A program made the translations under genes and the position numbers. Below the pieces are notes generated by a model, which was not told the origin of the DNA, did not search any database, and saw only the letters and a program-made list of their open reading frames with translations. A DNA stretch of 64,000 nt, from the NCBI GenBank assembly GCA_036275535.1, contig DASUDP010000118.1, positions 11,612 through 75,611 of the forward strand, in the 5' to 3' direction. Source of the DNA: Acidimicrobiales bacterium. Lineage in GTDB: Bacteria > Actinomycetota > Acidimicrobiia > Acidimicrobiales > VFJN01. Shown here piece by piece: positions 26,107 to 35,419 of this stretch (position 1 is its first letter; the number at the start of each line of letters is the position of its first letter).

Positions 26107-27432
26107 ATGCTGCAGTCGCTGCGCCACCGAGCCTCGGGGCACCGCCACCTCCTCACGGGCTCCGCGGCGCTCGTGCTGACCGCCGGGGTGCAGGCCATCT
26201 CGGGCGCGGTGTTCTGGCTGCTGGCCGCCCGGTCCGACACCCAGACCGACGTCGGGCACGCCACCGCCCTCTACACGTCGGTGCTCTTCGTCACCTTCCT
26301 GGCCGGCCTGGGCCAGCCCGTGGCGGTGGCTCGCTACGCCGCCGGACGCACCCGAGACGATCACGTGCTCTACGGCTGGGCCACAGCTGCCACGGCGGTG
26401 GCCGGCGTGGTGGTGTCGCTGGGGTACCTCCTGCTCGTGAGCCCGGCCGCCGTCGACGAGATGCGGGACTGGGACCCCACGCTGGGCCCCGCCACCTTCG
26501 TCTTCCTCGTCGTCGGCACCGGCCTGTCGCTGCTGCTCGACGTGCGCCTCATGACCCAGCGCCGCTGGGGCCTCGTGCTGGGGCGGTCCGTCTTCGTGGC
26601 CGTCGTGCGCTTCCCGCTCCTGGCCATCTCGGTGGACTCCCATCGCTCGCTCTGGCTCTTCGTCGCCGCCACCCTGCCGACGGCCATCTCCGGGCTGGTG
26701 GGCACCGGCCTGCTGCCCCTCGTCACCGGCGACCGCCACCGCTTCGGGCCCCTCCCGGCCACCACCCGCGCGATGGTGCACTACTCGCTGGTCAACTGGG
26801 TGTCGACGCTGGCCTACCAGGCGCCCACCTTCGCCATGCCCGTCATCGTGCTCATGAACGTCGATGCGGACGTCAACGCCAGCTTCTACGTGGCCTGGGG
26901 CATCGTGGGGCTGGCCTGCTACGTGCCGATGGCGATCGGCCAGGCGCTGCTCGCCGAGGGAGGGCGGGAGGGTGCCGAGCTGCGCACCCAGGTGCGACTC
27001 GGGATCCTCATCGCCGGCGGCCTGATGGTCGTCGGAACGGTCGCCGCCACGGCCGCTCGCAGCCTCATCGTCACGCTCTACGGCGCCGACTACCAGGCCG
27101 CCGCGGACGTGCTCCCACCCCTGGTCGCGGCATCGATCCCCTGGGCGATCACGTCGGTGTACCTCACCGAGGCCAGGGTCCGGCACTTCCACGGGGCCAC
27201 CATCGCCATCACCGCGACCCTCACCGTCTGCATCCTCGGGCCCGCCCTCCTGCTCGTGCCCGCCCACGGCCTCGACGGCGCCGCGTGGGCGTTCCTGGGG
27301 GGCAACACGGCGGCGGCCGTGGTGGCCCTCGTCGCCCACCGCGCCGGCCGCGCCGCCTACGCCGGGCTCATCGGGCCCCACCCGGACGAGCTCGATCCCG
27401 ACGAGGTGCTGGGGATGGCTCCGCTCACCTGA
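26107..27432 (+). CDS. Polysaccharide/oligosaccharide flippase-like membrane protein (MOP/Wzx superfamily)
   Basis: About 441 aa with about 12-14 TM segments. The N-terminal 'LLTGSAALVLTAGVQAISGAVFWLLAAR' and overall topology resemble Wzx/MurJ-like flippases. Family-level call only. Confidence 0.65.
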   Translation: MLQSLRHRASGHRHLLTGSAALVLTAGVQAISGAVFWLLAARSDTQTDVGHATALYTSVLFVTFLAGLGQPVAVARYAAGRTRDDHVLYGWATAATAVAGVVVSLGYLLLVSPAAVDEMRDWDPTLGPATFVFLVVGTGLSLLLDVRLMTQRRWGLVLGRSVFVAVVRFPLLAISVDSHRSLWLFVAATLPTAISGLVGTGLLPLVTGDRHRFGPLPATTRAMVHYSLVNWVSTLAYQAPTFAMPVIVLMNVDADVNASFYVAWGIVGLACYVPMAIGQALLAEGGREGAELRTQVRLGILIAGGLMVVGTVAATAARSLIVTLYGADYQAAADVLPPLVAASIPWAITSVYLTEARVRHFHGATIAITATLTVCILGPALLLVPAHGLDGAAWAFLGGNTAAAVVALVAHRAGRAAYAGLIGPHPDELDPDEVLGMAPLT

Positions 27433-27447
27433 GCCGCCCCGCCGCCG

Positions 27448-28947
27448 ATGGTCGACGTCCCCCCTGCGCCGCCGCCCCCTCCCGGCGCCTGGTCCGCCCT
27501 TCCGGGCCCGTGGCCGCCGCCTCCGCCCGGCATCGCCCCGGCCCGCCCGCGGCCGCGCTGGCTCATGGCCCTCGCCCTCGCCACCGTCGCGGTGCTCCTC
27601 GTGGGGCTCGTCGTCGCCGTGGTGCGGCTGGGAGATGACGGGTACCCCGACGAGTGGGATCCACGGGTGGCCGACCTCGCCACCTTCGTCGAGCACGAGC
27701 GGGGCCTCCAGTTCGACCACCCGGTGTACGTCGACTTCCTGAGCGCCTCGGAGTACACGGAGGTGGCCACGACCTCGGAGGACGACCTCACCGACGCCGA
27801 CCGCGACGAGCTCGACCGCTACGCCGGCACCCTCCGGGCGCTGGGGGTCGCTTCCGGCCCGCTGGACCTGTTCACGGCCTACAACCAGGTCTCCGACGGC
27901 GGCACGCTGGCCTTCTACGACCCGGCCGACCGCCGAGTCCGCGTGCGGGGCACCGAGATGTCGGTCGGCCTGCGGGTCACCCTGGTCCACGAGCTGACCC
28001 ACGCCCTCCAGGACCAGCGCTTCGACCTGGACCGGCTCTACGAGGAGGACGTCGACAGCAGCCAGGCGGTCGCCTTCCGCGGCCTGGTCGAGGGCGACGC
28101 CCTGCGGGTGGAGGACGCCTATGTCGCGGCCGAGCTGAGCCCCGCCGAGCAGGACGACTACGACGCCGAGTTCGCCGAGCAGGTCGAGCAGGGCGAGGCG
28201 GCCATCGAGGACGTCCCACCCTTCGTCAGCGCCGGCTTCGGCGTGCCGTACCTCCTCGGCCAGCCCCTGGCCGAGATGCTGGCCAACGAGGGCGGCAATG
28301 CCGCGGTCGACGACGCCCTTCGGGATCCCCCCAGCACCGAGGAGCACCTCTTCGACCCGGCCAGCTTCCTGGCCGGAGAGGAGGCCGAGGAGGTGGACCT
28401 CGGCCTGGACGATGATGTCGAGGTCCTCGACGACGGGCCGTTCGGCTCGCCCTCGTGGTACCTGGTGCTGGCCGAGCGGATCGATCCCCTGACGGCCTTC
28501 GACGCCGCGCTGGGGTGGGGCGGGGACGCCTACGCCTCCTTTGAGCGCGACGGCACGAGCTGCATCCGGGCCGCCTTCGCCGGCGACGAGGCGGCGGACG
28601 AGGAGGCGATGACCGCCGCGCTAGACGAGTGGGCGGGGACCCTGCCCGACGGGATGGTCGAGGTCCTCGACCTCGACGGGCACCCGGGCTTCGAGAGCTG
28701 CGACCCGGGCGAGGACGTCGACATCGAGGTGGCCGGGCGGTCCGAGGAGGCCCTGTACGTCCCCAGCCTCTGGGGCTTCCTGGTGGCCGACGCGGCCACC
28801 GTCGCCGACGCCGGCACGGCCCGGTGCTACGCCGGCGCCGTGCTCGCGGGCCTCACCTACGACGAGATCGTCGACCCGACCGGCGTCGCCTTCGGCACCG
28901 ACGAGTTCCAGCAGACGATGTCCGATGCCTACACCTCCTGCACCTGA
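27448..28947 (+). CDS. Membrane-anchored putative zinc metallopeptidase (HExxH)
   Basis: Pro-rich N-terminus, single TM 'WLMALALATVAVLLVGLVVAVV', and 'VTLVHELTHALQDQ' (HExxH) in an acidic extracytoplasmic domain. Four Cys residues in the C-terminal third. Confidence 0.65.
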   Translation: MVDVPPAPPPPPGAWSALPGPWPPPPPGIAPARPRPRWLMALALATVAVLLVGLVVAVVRLGDDGYPDEWDPRVADLATFVEHERGLQFDHPVYVDFLSASEYTEVATTSEDDLTDADRDELDRYAGTLRALGVASGPLDLFTAYNQVSDGGTLAFYDPADRRVRVRGTEMSVGLRVTLVHELTHALQDQRFDLDRLYEEDVDSSQAVAFRGLVEGDALRVEDAYVAAELSPAEQDDYDAEFAEQVEQGEAAIEDVPPFVSAGFGVPYLLGQPLAEMLANEGGNAAVDDALRDPPSTEEHLFDPASFLAGEEAEEVDLGLDDDVEVLDDGPFGSPSWYLVLAERIDPLTAFDAALGWGGDAYASFERDGTSCIRAAFAGDEAADEEAMTAALDEWAGTLPDGMVEVLDLDGHPGFESCDPGEDVDIEVAGRSEEALYVPSLWGFLVADAATVADAGTARCYAGAVLAGLTYDEIVDPTGVAFGTDEFQQTMSDAYTSCT

Positions 28948-28973
28948 GGTCGGCCTCCGGTAGACAGGACGCC

Positions 28974-29543
28974 ATGGACGCGCCCGGAGCCGACCCCGTG
29001 CCCGGCGATGCCATGCCGGCTTCCTACTCGGCTGGTGCCGATGCGATCAGCGAGGCGGAGCGGGCCCGCCTCGCCGCCGAGCGGGACCGCATCCGAGCCG
29101 CCCACGAGCGGCCACGCGACAAACGCCCCCCGTCGACGGCTCGCGGCGTCCACCACGTGGCCCTCATCTGCGCCGACGTCGAGCGGACGACCCGCTTCTA
29201 CCAGGACCTCCTCGGCTTCCCGCTCGTCACGATGTTCGAGAACCGGGACCTGGCCGGCTCCACCCACTTCTTCTTCGACATCGGCTGCGGCAACACGATC
29301 GCCTTCTTCGACCTGCCCGGCGTGGACCCCGGCCCCTACGCCGAGGTGCTCGGCGGCCTGCACCACCTCGCCATCTCGACCGAGTGGGAGCACTGGCGGG
29401 CGGCCAAGGACCGCCTCGACGCCGCCGGCATCCCCTACGACCACGTCGACGGCACGTCGCTCTACTTCCGGGGCCCCGATGGCGAGCGCCTCGAGCTGAT
29501 CGCCGATCCGCTGCGCTGGATGTACGGCGAGCGGGTGGACTGA
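28974..29543 (+). CDS. VOC family protein (glyoxalase/dioxygenase-like)
   Basis: 'GVHHVALICADVERTTRFYQDLLGFPLV', 'GGLHHLAIST', 'SLYFRGPDGERLELI'. ATG 28974 lies inside ORF 28629... Confidence 0.8.
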   Translation: MDAPGADPVPGDAMPASYSAGADAISEAERARLAAERDRIRAAHERPRDKRPPSTARGVHHVALICADVERTTRFYQDLLGFPLVTMFENRDLAGSTHFFFDIGCGNTIAFFDLPGVDPGPYAEVLGGLHHLAISTEWEHWRAAKDRLDAAGIPYDHVDGTSLYFRGPDGERLELIADPLRWMYGERVD

Positions 29544-29547
29544 GGGG

Positions 29548-30330
29548 CTACCCCACCCGCCGCAGCAGCACCTCTTGGGTGACGGTGGCGACGTGGACAC
29601 CCGACTGACTGAGGATGTGGCCCACGGCGAGGCCACGGCTGCTCAGATAGCCATGGCTGTTGAAGTCGTGCAGGTGCCACTCCTCGGCCACGACGGGCCG
29701 GTGGAACCAGATGGCGTGGTCGAGGCTGGCGCACATGAAGCCGTGGGCGTCGTCGGGGCTGTCGGCCACCTCGGCGTGGTCGGGGTGCACGGCGATCACA
29801 GCGTCGGTGGCGACGTCGTCGGAGAGGTAGGCCAGCGCGCAGGCCTGGAGGATCGGGTCGTGGCCCACCGGCTCGACCATCTTCATCCAGGCCACCGAGC
29901 GACCGTCGCCCTGGAGGCGGGGCCGGGCGAAGCGGCGCTCGAACATGGGGCTCCAGCTCTCCCCCTCCGACTGCTCGGGGCCGGGGAGGTCGGGCAGCTG
30001 GGCCGTCTGCACGTCGTGGCCCGGCTCGTCCACCTGGAACGAGGCCGACATCGTGAAGATGGCCCCCATCGACTGGCGGGCCACGACCTGCCGGGTCACG
30101 AAGGAGCGCCCGTTGCGGAGCCGGTCCACCTCGAAGCGGATGGGCTGGTCGTGGTCACCCCGGCGGATGAAGTAGGCGTGCAGCGAGTGGACGCGGAACT
30201 CGGGGTCGACGGTGCGGGCAGCCGCCCGCAGCGCCTGGGCCACGATCTGGCCGCCGTAGAGGCCGCCCCAGGGGTAGCGGGGGCCGACGCCCACGAACAC
30301 GTCGGTCCCGTGGGGCTCGAGCTGCATCAT
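29548..30330 (-). CDS. tesB: Acyl-CoA thioesterase II
   Basis: 'GGLYGGQIVAQALRAAARTV', 'HSLHAYFIRRGDHDQPIRFEVDRLRNGRSFVTRQVVARQ' and the second hotdog half 'SLDHAIWFHRP' are the TesB double-hotdog signature. Confidence 0.85.
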   Translation of the reverse strand: MMQLEPHGTDVFVGVGPRYPWGGLYGGQIVAQALRAAARTVDPEFRVHSLHAYFIRRGDHDQPIRFEVDRLRNGRSFVTRQVVARQSMGAIFTMSASFQVDEPGHDVQTAQLPDLPGPEQSEGESWSPMFERRFARPRLQGDGRSVAWMKMVEPVGHDPILQACALAYLSDDVATDAVIAVHPDHAEVADSPDDAHGFMCASLDHAIWFHRPVVAEEWHLHDFNSHGYLSSRGLAVGHILSQSGVHVATVTQEVLLRRVG

Positions 30331-30419
30331 CGTGGCGAAGTCCACGCCTGATCGTCCCCCGCGTTGCCGGCGCCGCGCCAACCGGAACCAGGCACCGTCC
30401 GGCGGTCGTCGTGCCGGCC

Positions 30420-30749
30420 ATGCGAACCCTCCGCCTCCCCGCCGCCCTCGCCGCCCTCGCAGTCACCCGGCCTCGCCCTCGCGCCCCCGGCCGGCGCCTG
30501 TGGCGGGCTCGCCGGCGAGAACGGCACCATCCAGCTGACCAAGACGACCACCCTGGCCGCCTTCCACGACGGCTCGGAGCGCTACGTCACGTCCTTGGAG
30601 CTCACGGGGCGAGGCCAGCGTGGGCGCGAGCCGGGCCTGACCCTCTACGAGCGGACCGAACCGGGGACCTACGAGTACGCCTGCCGCCCGCCTCCGGCCA
30701 CGAGGCCTACGGGATGCGCGGCCCGATCGAGGTGCTGCCGGCGCCGTGA
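30420..30749 (+). pseudogene. Small lipoprotein-type cupredoxin (blue-copper-like) split over two reading frames
   Basis: Frame of 30420 gives the signal-like 'MRTLRLPAALAALAVT'. The frame of 30364 continues with 'GLALAPPAGACGG...AAFHDG...EPGTYEYAC'. The frame of 30420 then resumes with 'SGHEAYGMRGPIEVLPAP*'. Together these give the H...C-x(n)-H-x4-M cupredoxin ligand pattern. GC3 bias follows the same frame switches, near 30468 and within 30685-30695. Confidence 0.4.
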
Positions 30750-30797
30750 GGGCGCCAGGTCCGGGCAGCGGGCGCCCGGTTGGGCTACGAACTGCAC

Positions 30798-31922
30798 ATG
30801 CCCAACCCCCTCACCGTGGGTGTGCCCACCGAGGTCAAGACCGACGAGCGCCGCGTGGCCCTGACCCCGGACGGGGTGCGGGAGATGGAGAGCCGCGGGG
30901 TCGAGGTCCTCGTGCAGGCGGGAGCGGGGGCGGGGGCCAGCATCCCCGACGACGCCTACGTCGCCGCCGGCGCCGAGATCGTCGCCACCGCGCAGGAGAC
31001 CTGGGAGCGGGCCGACCTCGTGTGCAAGGTCAAGGAGCCCCAGGCGTCCGAGCTGGGCCACCTCCGCCCCGACCTCACGCTGTTCACCTACCTGCACCTG
31101 GCGGCCAACCCCAAGGTGGCCGATGCCCTCTGCGCCGCCGGCACCACGGCCCTGGCCTACGAGACGGTGATGCGGGCCGACGGCTCGCTCCCCCTCCTGG
31201 CGCCGATGAGCGAGGTGGCCGGGCGCCTGGCCGTACAAGCCGGGGCCCGCTTCCTGGAGGCCCCCCAGGGTGGCCGAGGCGTGCTCCTCGGCGGCGCCCC
31301 CGGCGTACAGCCCGGGCGGGTGGTCGTCATCGGTGCCGGCAACGTGGGCTGGAACTCGGCCTGGATCGCGGCAGGCATGGAGGCCGAGGTCAACCTCCTC
31401 GACAAGAACCTCGATCGCCTGCGCTTCGTCGACCAGATCCACAAGGGCCGCATCACCACGCTGGCCTCCAACCGCGGCACGGTCGAGCGCTGCATCGCCC
31501 AGGCCGACCTCGTCATCGGGGCCGTGCTGGTGGCCGGCGGGCGGGCCCCGATCGTGATCACGGAGGCCATGGTGCAGACGATGCGGCCCGGCGCCGTCAT
31601 CGTGGACGTCGCCATCGACCAGGGCGGCTGCGTCGAGACCTCCCGCGAGACCACCCACCACGAGCCGACCTTCGTGCAGCACGGAGTGGTCCACTACTGC
31701 GTGGGCAACATGCCCGGCGCCGTGCCCGCCACGTCGACCCACGCCCTCACCAACGCCACACTCCCCTACCTCGTCGAGGTGGCCGTGCACGGGGCGACGG
31801 AGGCCTGCCGGCAGGATCCCGTGCTCGCCCCGGGCCTCAACGTGGAGGGCGGCCGCATCGTGAACCCCGTCGTCGCCGAGGCCCTTGGGCTGGAGGCGGG
31901 CGTGCCGAGCCACGCCGCCTGA
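30798..31922 (+). CDS. ald: Alanine dehydrogenase
   Basis: 'VGVPTEVKTDERRVALTPDGV', 'KVKEPQ', 'FTYLHLAA', NAD-binding 'VVVIGAGNVGWNSA', 'VDVAIDQGGC'. ATG 30798 preferred over TTG 30780. Confidence 0.92.
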   Translation: MPNPLTVGVPTEVKTDERRVALTPDGVREMESRGVEVLVQAGAGAGASIPDDAYVAAGAEIVATAQETWERADLVCKVKEPQASELGHLRPDLTLFTYLHLAANPKVADALCAAGTTALAYETVMRADGSLPLLAPMSEVAGRLAVQAGARFLEAPQGGRGVLLGGAPGVQPGRVVVIGAGNVGWNSAWIAAGMEAEVNLLDKNLDRLRFVDQIHKGRITTLASNRGTVERCIAQADLVIGAVLVAGGRAPIVITEAMVQTMRPGAVIVDVAIDQGGCVETSRETTHHEPTFVQHGVVHYCVGNMPGAVPATSTHALTNATLPYLVEVAVHGATEACRQDPVLAPGLNVEGGRIVNPVVAEALGLEAGVPSHAA

Positions 31923-31936
31923 GCCCCGGCGCGCCG

Positions 31937-31960
31937 GAGCCGGGCCCGGGGCCCGGCTCC
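31937..31960. terminator. Stem-loop between the convergent ald and binding-protein genes
   Basis: ggagccgggcc / ggcccggctcc form a near-perfect palindrome, giving a stem of about 10 bp with a 4-nt loop. Confidence 0.45.
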
Positions 31961-31995
31961 GATCTGCTCTGGAGACGTCAGGTGGGCCGGTCAGC

Positions 31996-33297
31996 TCACC
32001 CGAAGTCGAACGACTTGGCAGCCTCGGACTCGTAGTTCGCCTCCTGGGCCGTGAGGCCGGTGGGGGCGGCGGCGTCGAACTTGAAGATCGTGCTCGCCCG
32101 GGGCGGGTCACGGTCCTCGATGGCGCCGTACTTGTAGTCGCCGAGGAGCCCGTCGAAGGTCAGCTCGTCGATCGACGTGATCGCCTTCAGGATGCCCTCG
32201 TGGGAGAGGTCGCCGAGCTCGACGGCCTTCTCGAGCACTTGGTGCACGGCGCGCGCCTGGCTGTAACCGAAGGCGAAGTACGGGTCGGGCACCTGGTCGC
32301 CGCCGTAGGTGGCGAGGTCCTCGAGCATCTGGGCCATGCCGGGGATGGACTCGTCGCCCCAGTTGCCGCCCTCGGACAGCACCTTCACGTGCTCGGTGGC
32401 GTAGGGGGCCAGGTCCCCGGCGTAGAGCAGCTTCAGGAAGCCGGGGGACACCACGAGCCACGTCGGGGCGAAGCCCGCCTGGGCCGCCTTGTTGAGAGCG
32501 CCAGAGGCGTCGAGGGGCGTCGCCACCAGGACGACGGCCTCGCAGCCAGCGCTCTCCAGCTGGTTGATCTGGGTGGTGAAGTCGGCCGTGGCGACGGCGA
32601 AGTCGACGCGGGGCCCGGGCTCGAAGCCGAGCTCCTCGCCGGCGTGGTCCACGCCCTCCTGGCCGGCGTCGCCGTAGGGATCGTCCTGCGCCAGCGAGCA
32701 GACCTGCTTGCCCTCCCCGCCGCCCTTCTTCATGTACCAGTCGAGGCCGTTGATGACCTGCACCTGGTAGGGGCCACCGAGGGGGATGAGGTTCGGCTCA
32801 CGGATCCAGTCGGCGTCGAGGGTGGCCGGGGAGCCGGCGATCCCGTCCTGCTTCATCTGGGAGAGGACCGCCTTGATGATGGCGGTTCCCATGATCTGGG
32901 TGTACATGAGCACGCCGCCCTTGGTGGCGTTGTACTCCTGGATGGCCGTCGCCTCGGCGTAGGCGGTGTCGCGGACGTCGAGCTCCACCTTGTACTTGCC
33001 GGCTACGCCGCCCTCGGCGTTGAGGCGGTCGAAGTACACCTGGTTACCGACGGCCAGCGGCTTGCCGATGATCGACGCCGCGCCGCTCGTCGGGGTCAGC
33101 ACACCGAGCTTGATCGTCGTGCCGTCGAAGCCGGTGGTGGGCTCCGGGTCGCCGGCCGGCTTCTCCTCACCGCCGCCGCCGGCGGCGGTGGTCGCCGTGG
33201 CATCGTCGTCGTCGTTGCTGCTCCCGCCGCAGGCCGCGGCGCCGAGCGCCAGGGTCAGCAGCAGGGCCAGCAGGCGCAGCCAGGGTTGCTTCTTCAC
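31996..33297 (-). CDS. ABC transporter substrate-binding lipoprotein, Liv/type I periplasmic-binding-fold family
   Basis: Lipoprotein signal 'MKKQPWLRLLALLLTLALGAAACGG', GTG start with RBS 'aaggggga'. 'IKLGVLTPTSGAASIIGKPLAVGNQVYFDRLNAEGGV' is typical of LivJ/K-like binding proteins. Confidence 0.88.
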   Translation of the reverse strand: MKKQPWLRLLALLLTLALGAAACGGSSNDDDDATATTAAGGGGEEKPAGDPEPTTGFDGTTIKLGVLTPTSGAASIIGKPLAVGNQVYFDRLNAEGGVAGKYKVELDVRDTAYAEATAIQEYNATKGGVLMYTQIMGTAIIKAVLSQMKQDGIAGSPATLDADWIREPNLIPLGGPYQVQVINGLDWYMKKGGGEGKQVCSLAQDDPYGDAGQEGVDHAGEELGFEPGPRVDFAVATADFTTQINQLESAGCEAVVLVATPLDASGALNKAAQAGFAPTWLVVSPGFLKLLYAGDLAPYATEHVKVLSEGGNWGDESIPGMAQMLEDLATYGGDQVPDPYFAFGYSQARAVHQVLEKAVELGDLSHEGILKAITSIDELTFDGLLGDYKYGAIEDRDPPRASTIFKFDAAAPTGLTAQEANYESEAAKSFDFG

Positions 33298-33347
33298 GGG
33301 TGGGTTCCCCCTTGGGTGGTGGGTGGTGTGGGCATGAGATCAGGAGA

Positions 33348-34493
33348 TCAGTAGGAGAAGGGCCAGCTCATGAACCAGGTCTTGATGCGCAGCCACAGCG
33401 CCGCGAGGCCTCGCGGCTCGATGAGCAGGAAGAGCACGATGAGCCCGCCGAAGAGCACGCCGTTCAGCTCGCCGGTGGTCAGCCACCCCTTCTCGACGGG
33501 GATGCCGAAGAGCGGGGCGTCGGCCCCCTGCTCGGCGATGAAGCGGCGACCGTACTCGACGAGCAGAGCCCCGAGGATCGAGCCGAAGACGGTCCCCACG
33601 CCCCCCATGATGATCATGGCGACGAAGGTGATCGACAGGAACAGCCCGATGCGGCCGCCGAACTCCGAGGGGTTCACGTAGTTCTGGAGGAGGGCGTAGA
33701 ACGCGCCAGCCACCGCCGCGCAGGCGCCGGCCAGCGCGAACGCCCCCACCTTGTACCGGGTGGGCTGCACGCCGATGATCTCGGCGGACAGGTCGCGGTC
33801 CCGGATGGCCTGCAGGGCCCGGCCGGCCCGGCTGCGCACGATGTTCTTGGCCAGCAGGGCGGTGAGGGCGACAAAGGCCCAGATCAGCCAGAACATCCCC
33901 TGGACGAAGGTGTACGTCAGGCCGCCGAGCTCGAGGGACCGGAAGTCGAGCGGCCCGATGGCGATGGCGGCCTCCCCCACGGACACCCCGCTGCCGCCGC
34001 CGGTCACGGTGTCCCAGTTGGTGAAGAGGTGCTGGGCCAGGAAGAGCAGGCCGATCGTGACGACGGCCAGGTAGTTGCCCCGCAGCCGGGCCGCGAAGGG
34101 GCCCACCAGGCCCCCGATGGCCAGGCCCACGACCACCGCCGCCGCGATGTAGGCCAGGAAGGGCCACCCCCGGGTGGAGCCGAGGTAGGCCGAGCAGTAG
34201 GCCCCCGCCCCGAAGAAGGCGGCGTGGCCGAGGGACACCTGGCCCGTGAAGCCCGTGAGCAGGTTCAGGCCGATGGCGCCGATGGCGTACACACCGCAGT
34301 AGCAGAGGGTGCGCAGCGTCGTCTCCGAGAGCGACCCGGGGATGACGAAGTAGGCCACGGCCAGCGCCACCGCGAAGCCCTTGGCCCACGGGCCCTTCAG
34401 GAGGCGGAGGTCGCGGGAGCCGTCCAGGTCGAGCCGGTGGTGCGGCCGGCCGCCCGGCGGGCGGCGGGTGAGGATCGAGGGGATGGCAGCCAT
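33348..34493 (-). CDS. Branched-chain-type ABC transporter permease (LivM-like)
   Basis: 'YAIGAIGLNLLTGFTGQVSLGHAAFFGAGAY', 'RAGRALQAIRDRDLSAEIIGV', 'GGVGTVFGSILGA'. Its start shares one nucleotide with the upstream stop (TGATG at 34491-34495). Confidence 0.88.
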   Translation of the reverse strand: MAAIPSILTRRPPGGRPHHRLDLDGSRDLRLLKGPWAKGFAVALAVAYFVIPGSLSETTLRTLCYCGVYAIGAIGLNLLTGFTGQVSLGHAAFFGAGAYCSAYLGSTRGWPFLAYIAAAVVVGLAIGGLVGPFAARLRGNYLAVVTIGLLFLAQHLFTNWDTVTGGGSGVSVGEAAIAIGPLDFRSLELGGLTYTFVQGMFWLIWAFVALTALLAKNIVRSRAGRALQAIRDRDLSAEIIGVQPTRYKVGAFALAGACAAVAGAFYALLQNYVNPSEFGGRIGLFLSITFVAMIIMGGVGTVFGSILGALLVEYGRRFIAEQGADAPLFGIPVEKGWLTTGELNGVLFGGLIVLFLLIEPRGLAALWLRIKTWFMSWPFSY

Positions 34494-35419
34494 CAGACCC
34501 GCCGCACCTCCTTCTGACCGAACAGCCCGGTCGGCCGCACGAGCAGGATGATCACCATGACGAAGTAGGGCGACACGACCTCGAAGCCCGAGCCGATCCA
34601 GTCGAAGTACTCGGGGGCCAACAAGGCGGTGAGCTGCTGCACGAGCCCGATGATGATCCCGCCGATCACGGCGCCGCCCGGCGACTCCAGGCCACCCAGG
34701 ATCATCGCCGGGAAGGCCACCAGGGCCAGCAGCCCGAGGGCCGGGTTGAGCGAGCCCGAGCCCGACGCCAGCATCACGCCGGCCACCGCCCCGACGGCCC
34801 CGGCGCAGGCCCAGGCCACCTGGTACACGCGCTTGGGGGCGATGCCCTGGGCCAGGGCGGCCTCCTGGTCGAGGGCGCTGGCCCGCATGGCCAGCCCCAA
34901 CGTGGTCAGGCGGAACATGGCGAAGAAGGCGCCCAGGACGAGCACCGTGATCCCGATCGTCCACACGTCGGCCACGGCGATGTCGACCTTGCCGAACCGG
35001 TAGGTGCGCAGGCCCCAAGGGTCGGGGAGGTCCCGGCCCTCTGCGCCCCAGATGGCGGTGACGATGTTGTCGATCACGAAGAGGATGCCGATCGTCACCA
35101 TGATGAGCGTGAAGGGCGCCTCCCCGCTCATGCGGCGGAGGATGAGCACCTCCAGGAGCAGGCCAAGGAGGGCGCCTCCCACCATCGAGGCCAGGAGGGC
35201 GAGGTAGAAGTTCCAGCCCCAGGTGGCGGCGAAGTTCCAGCACAGGTAGCCGCCGACGAGCACCAGGCTGGCCTGGGCGAAGTTGATGACCCCGGTGGCC
35301 TTGAACACCACCACGAAGCCGAGGGCCACGAGCGCGTACTTCGCGCCGAGGGCGACGCCCGAGAAGATCGTCTCGATCCAGGCGTCGGCGCTGATGGCAC
35401 CGAGCAGCAGCCCGCTCAC
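34493..35419 (-). CDS. Branched-chain-type ABC transporter permease (LivH-like)
   Basis: 'GVALGAKYALVALGFVVVFKATGVINFAQ', 'LGLAMRASALDQEAALAQGI', 'GGLESPGGAVIGG'. GTG start overlaps the ligase stop (GTGA at 35416-35419). Confidence 0.88.
   Translation of the reverse strand: MSGLLLGAISADAWIETIFSGVALGAKYALVALGFVVVFKATGVINFAQASLVLVGGYLCWNFAATWGWNFYLALLASMVGGALLGLLLEVLILRRMSGEAPFTLIMVTIGILFVIDNIVTAIWGAEGRDLPDPWGLRTYRFGKVDIAVADVWTIGITVLVLGAFFAMFRLTTLGLAMRASALDQEAALAQGIAPKRVYQVAWACAGAVGAVAGVMLASGSGSLNPALGLLALVAFPAMILGGLESPGGAVIGGIIIGLVQQLTALLAPEYFDWIGSGFEVVSPYFVMVIILLVRPTGLFGQKEVRRV

Noticed and set aside
30364-30864. The 166-aa ORF (and ORF 30411-30749) taken at face value as intact genes.
   Set aside because: Neither frame alone gives a coherent protein. 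One lacks a plausible signal peptide or start and runs into low-GC3 sequence overlapping ald. The other has an Arg-rich nonsense middle. Only a composite reading gives a cupredoxin, so it is reported as a frameshifted gene or sequencing-error candidate.
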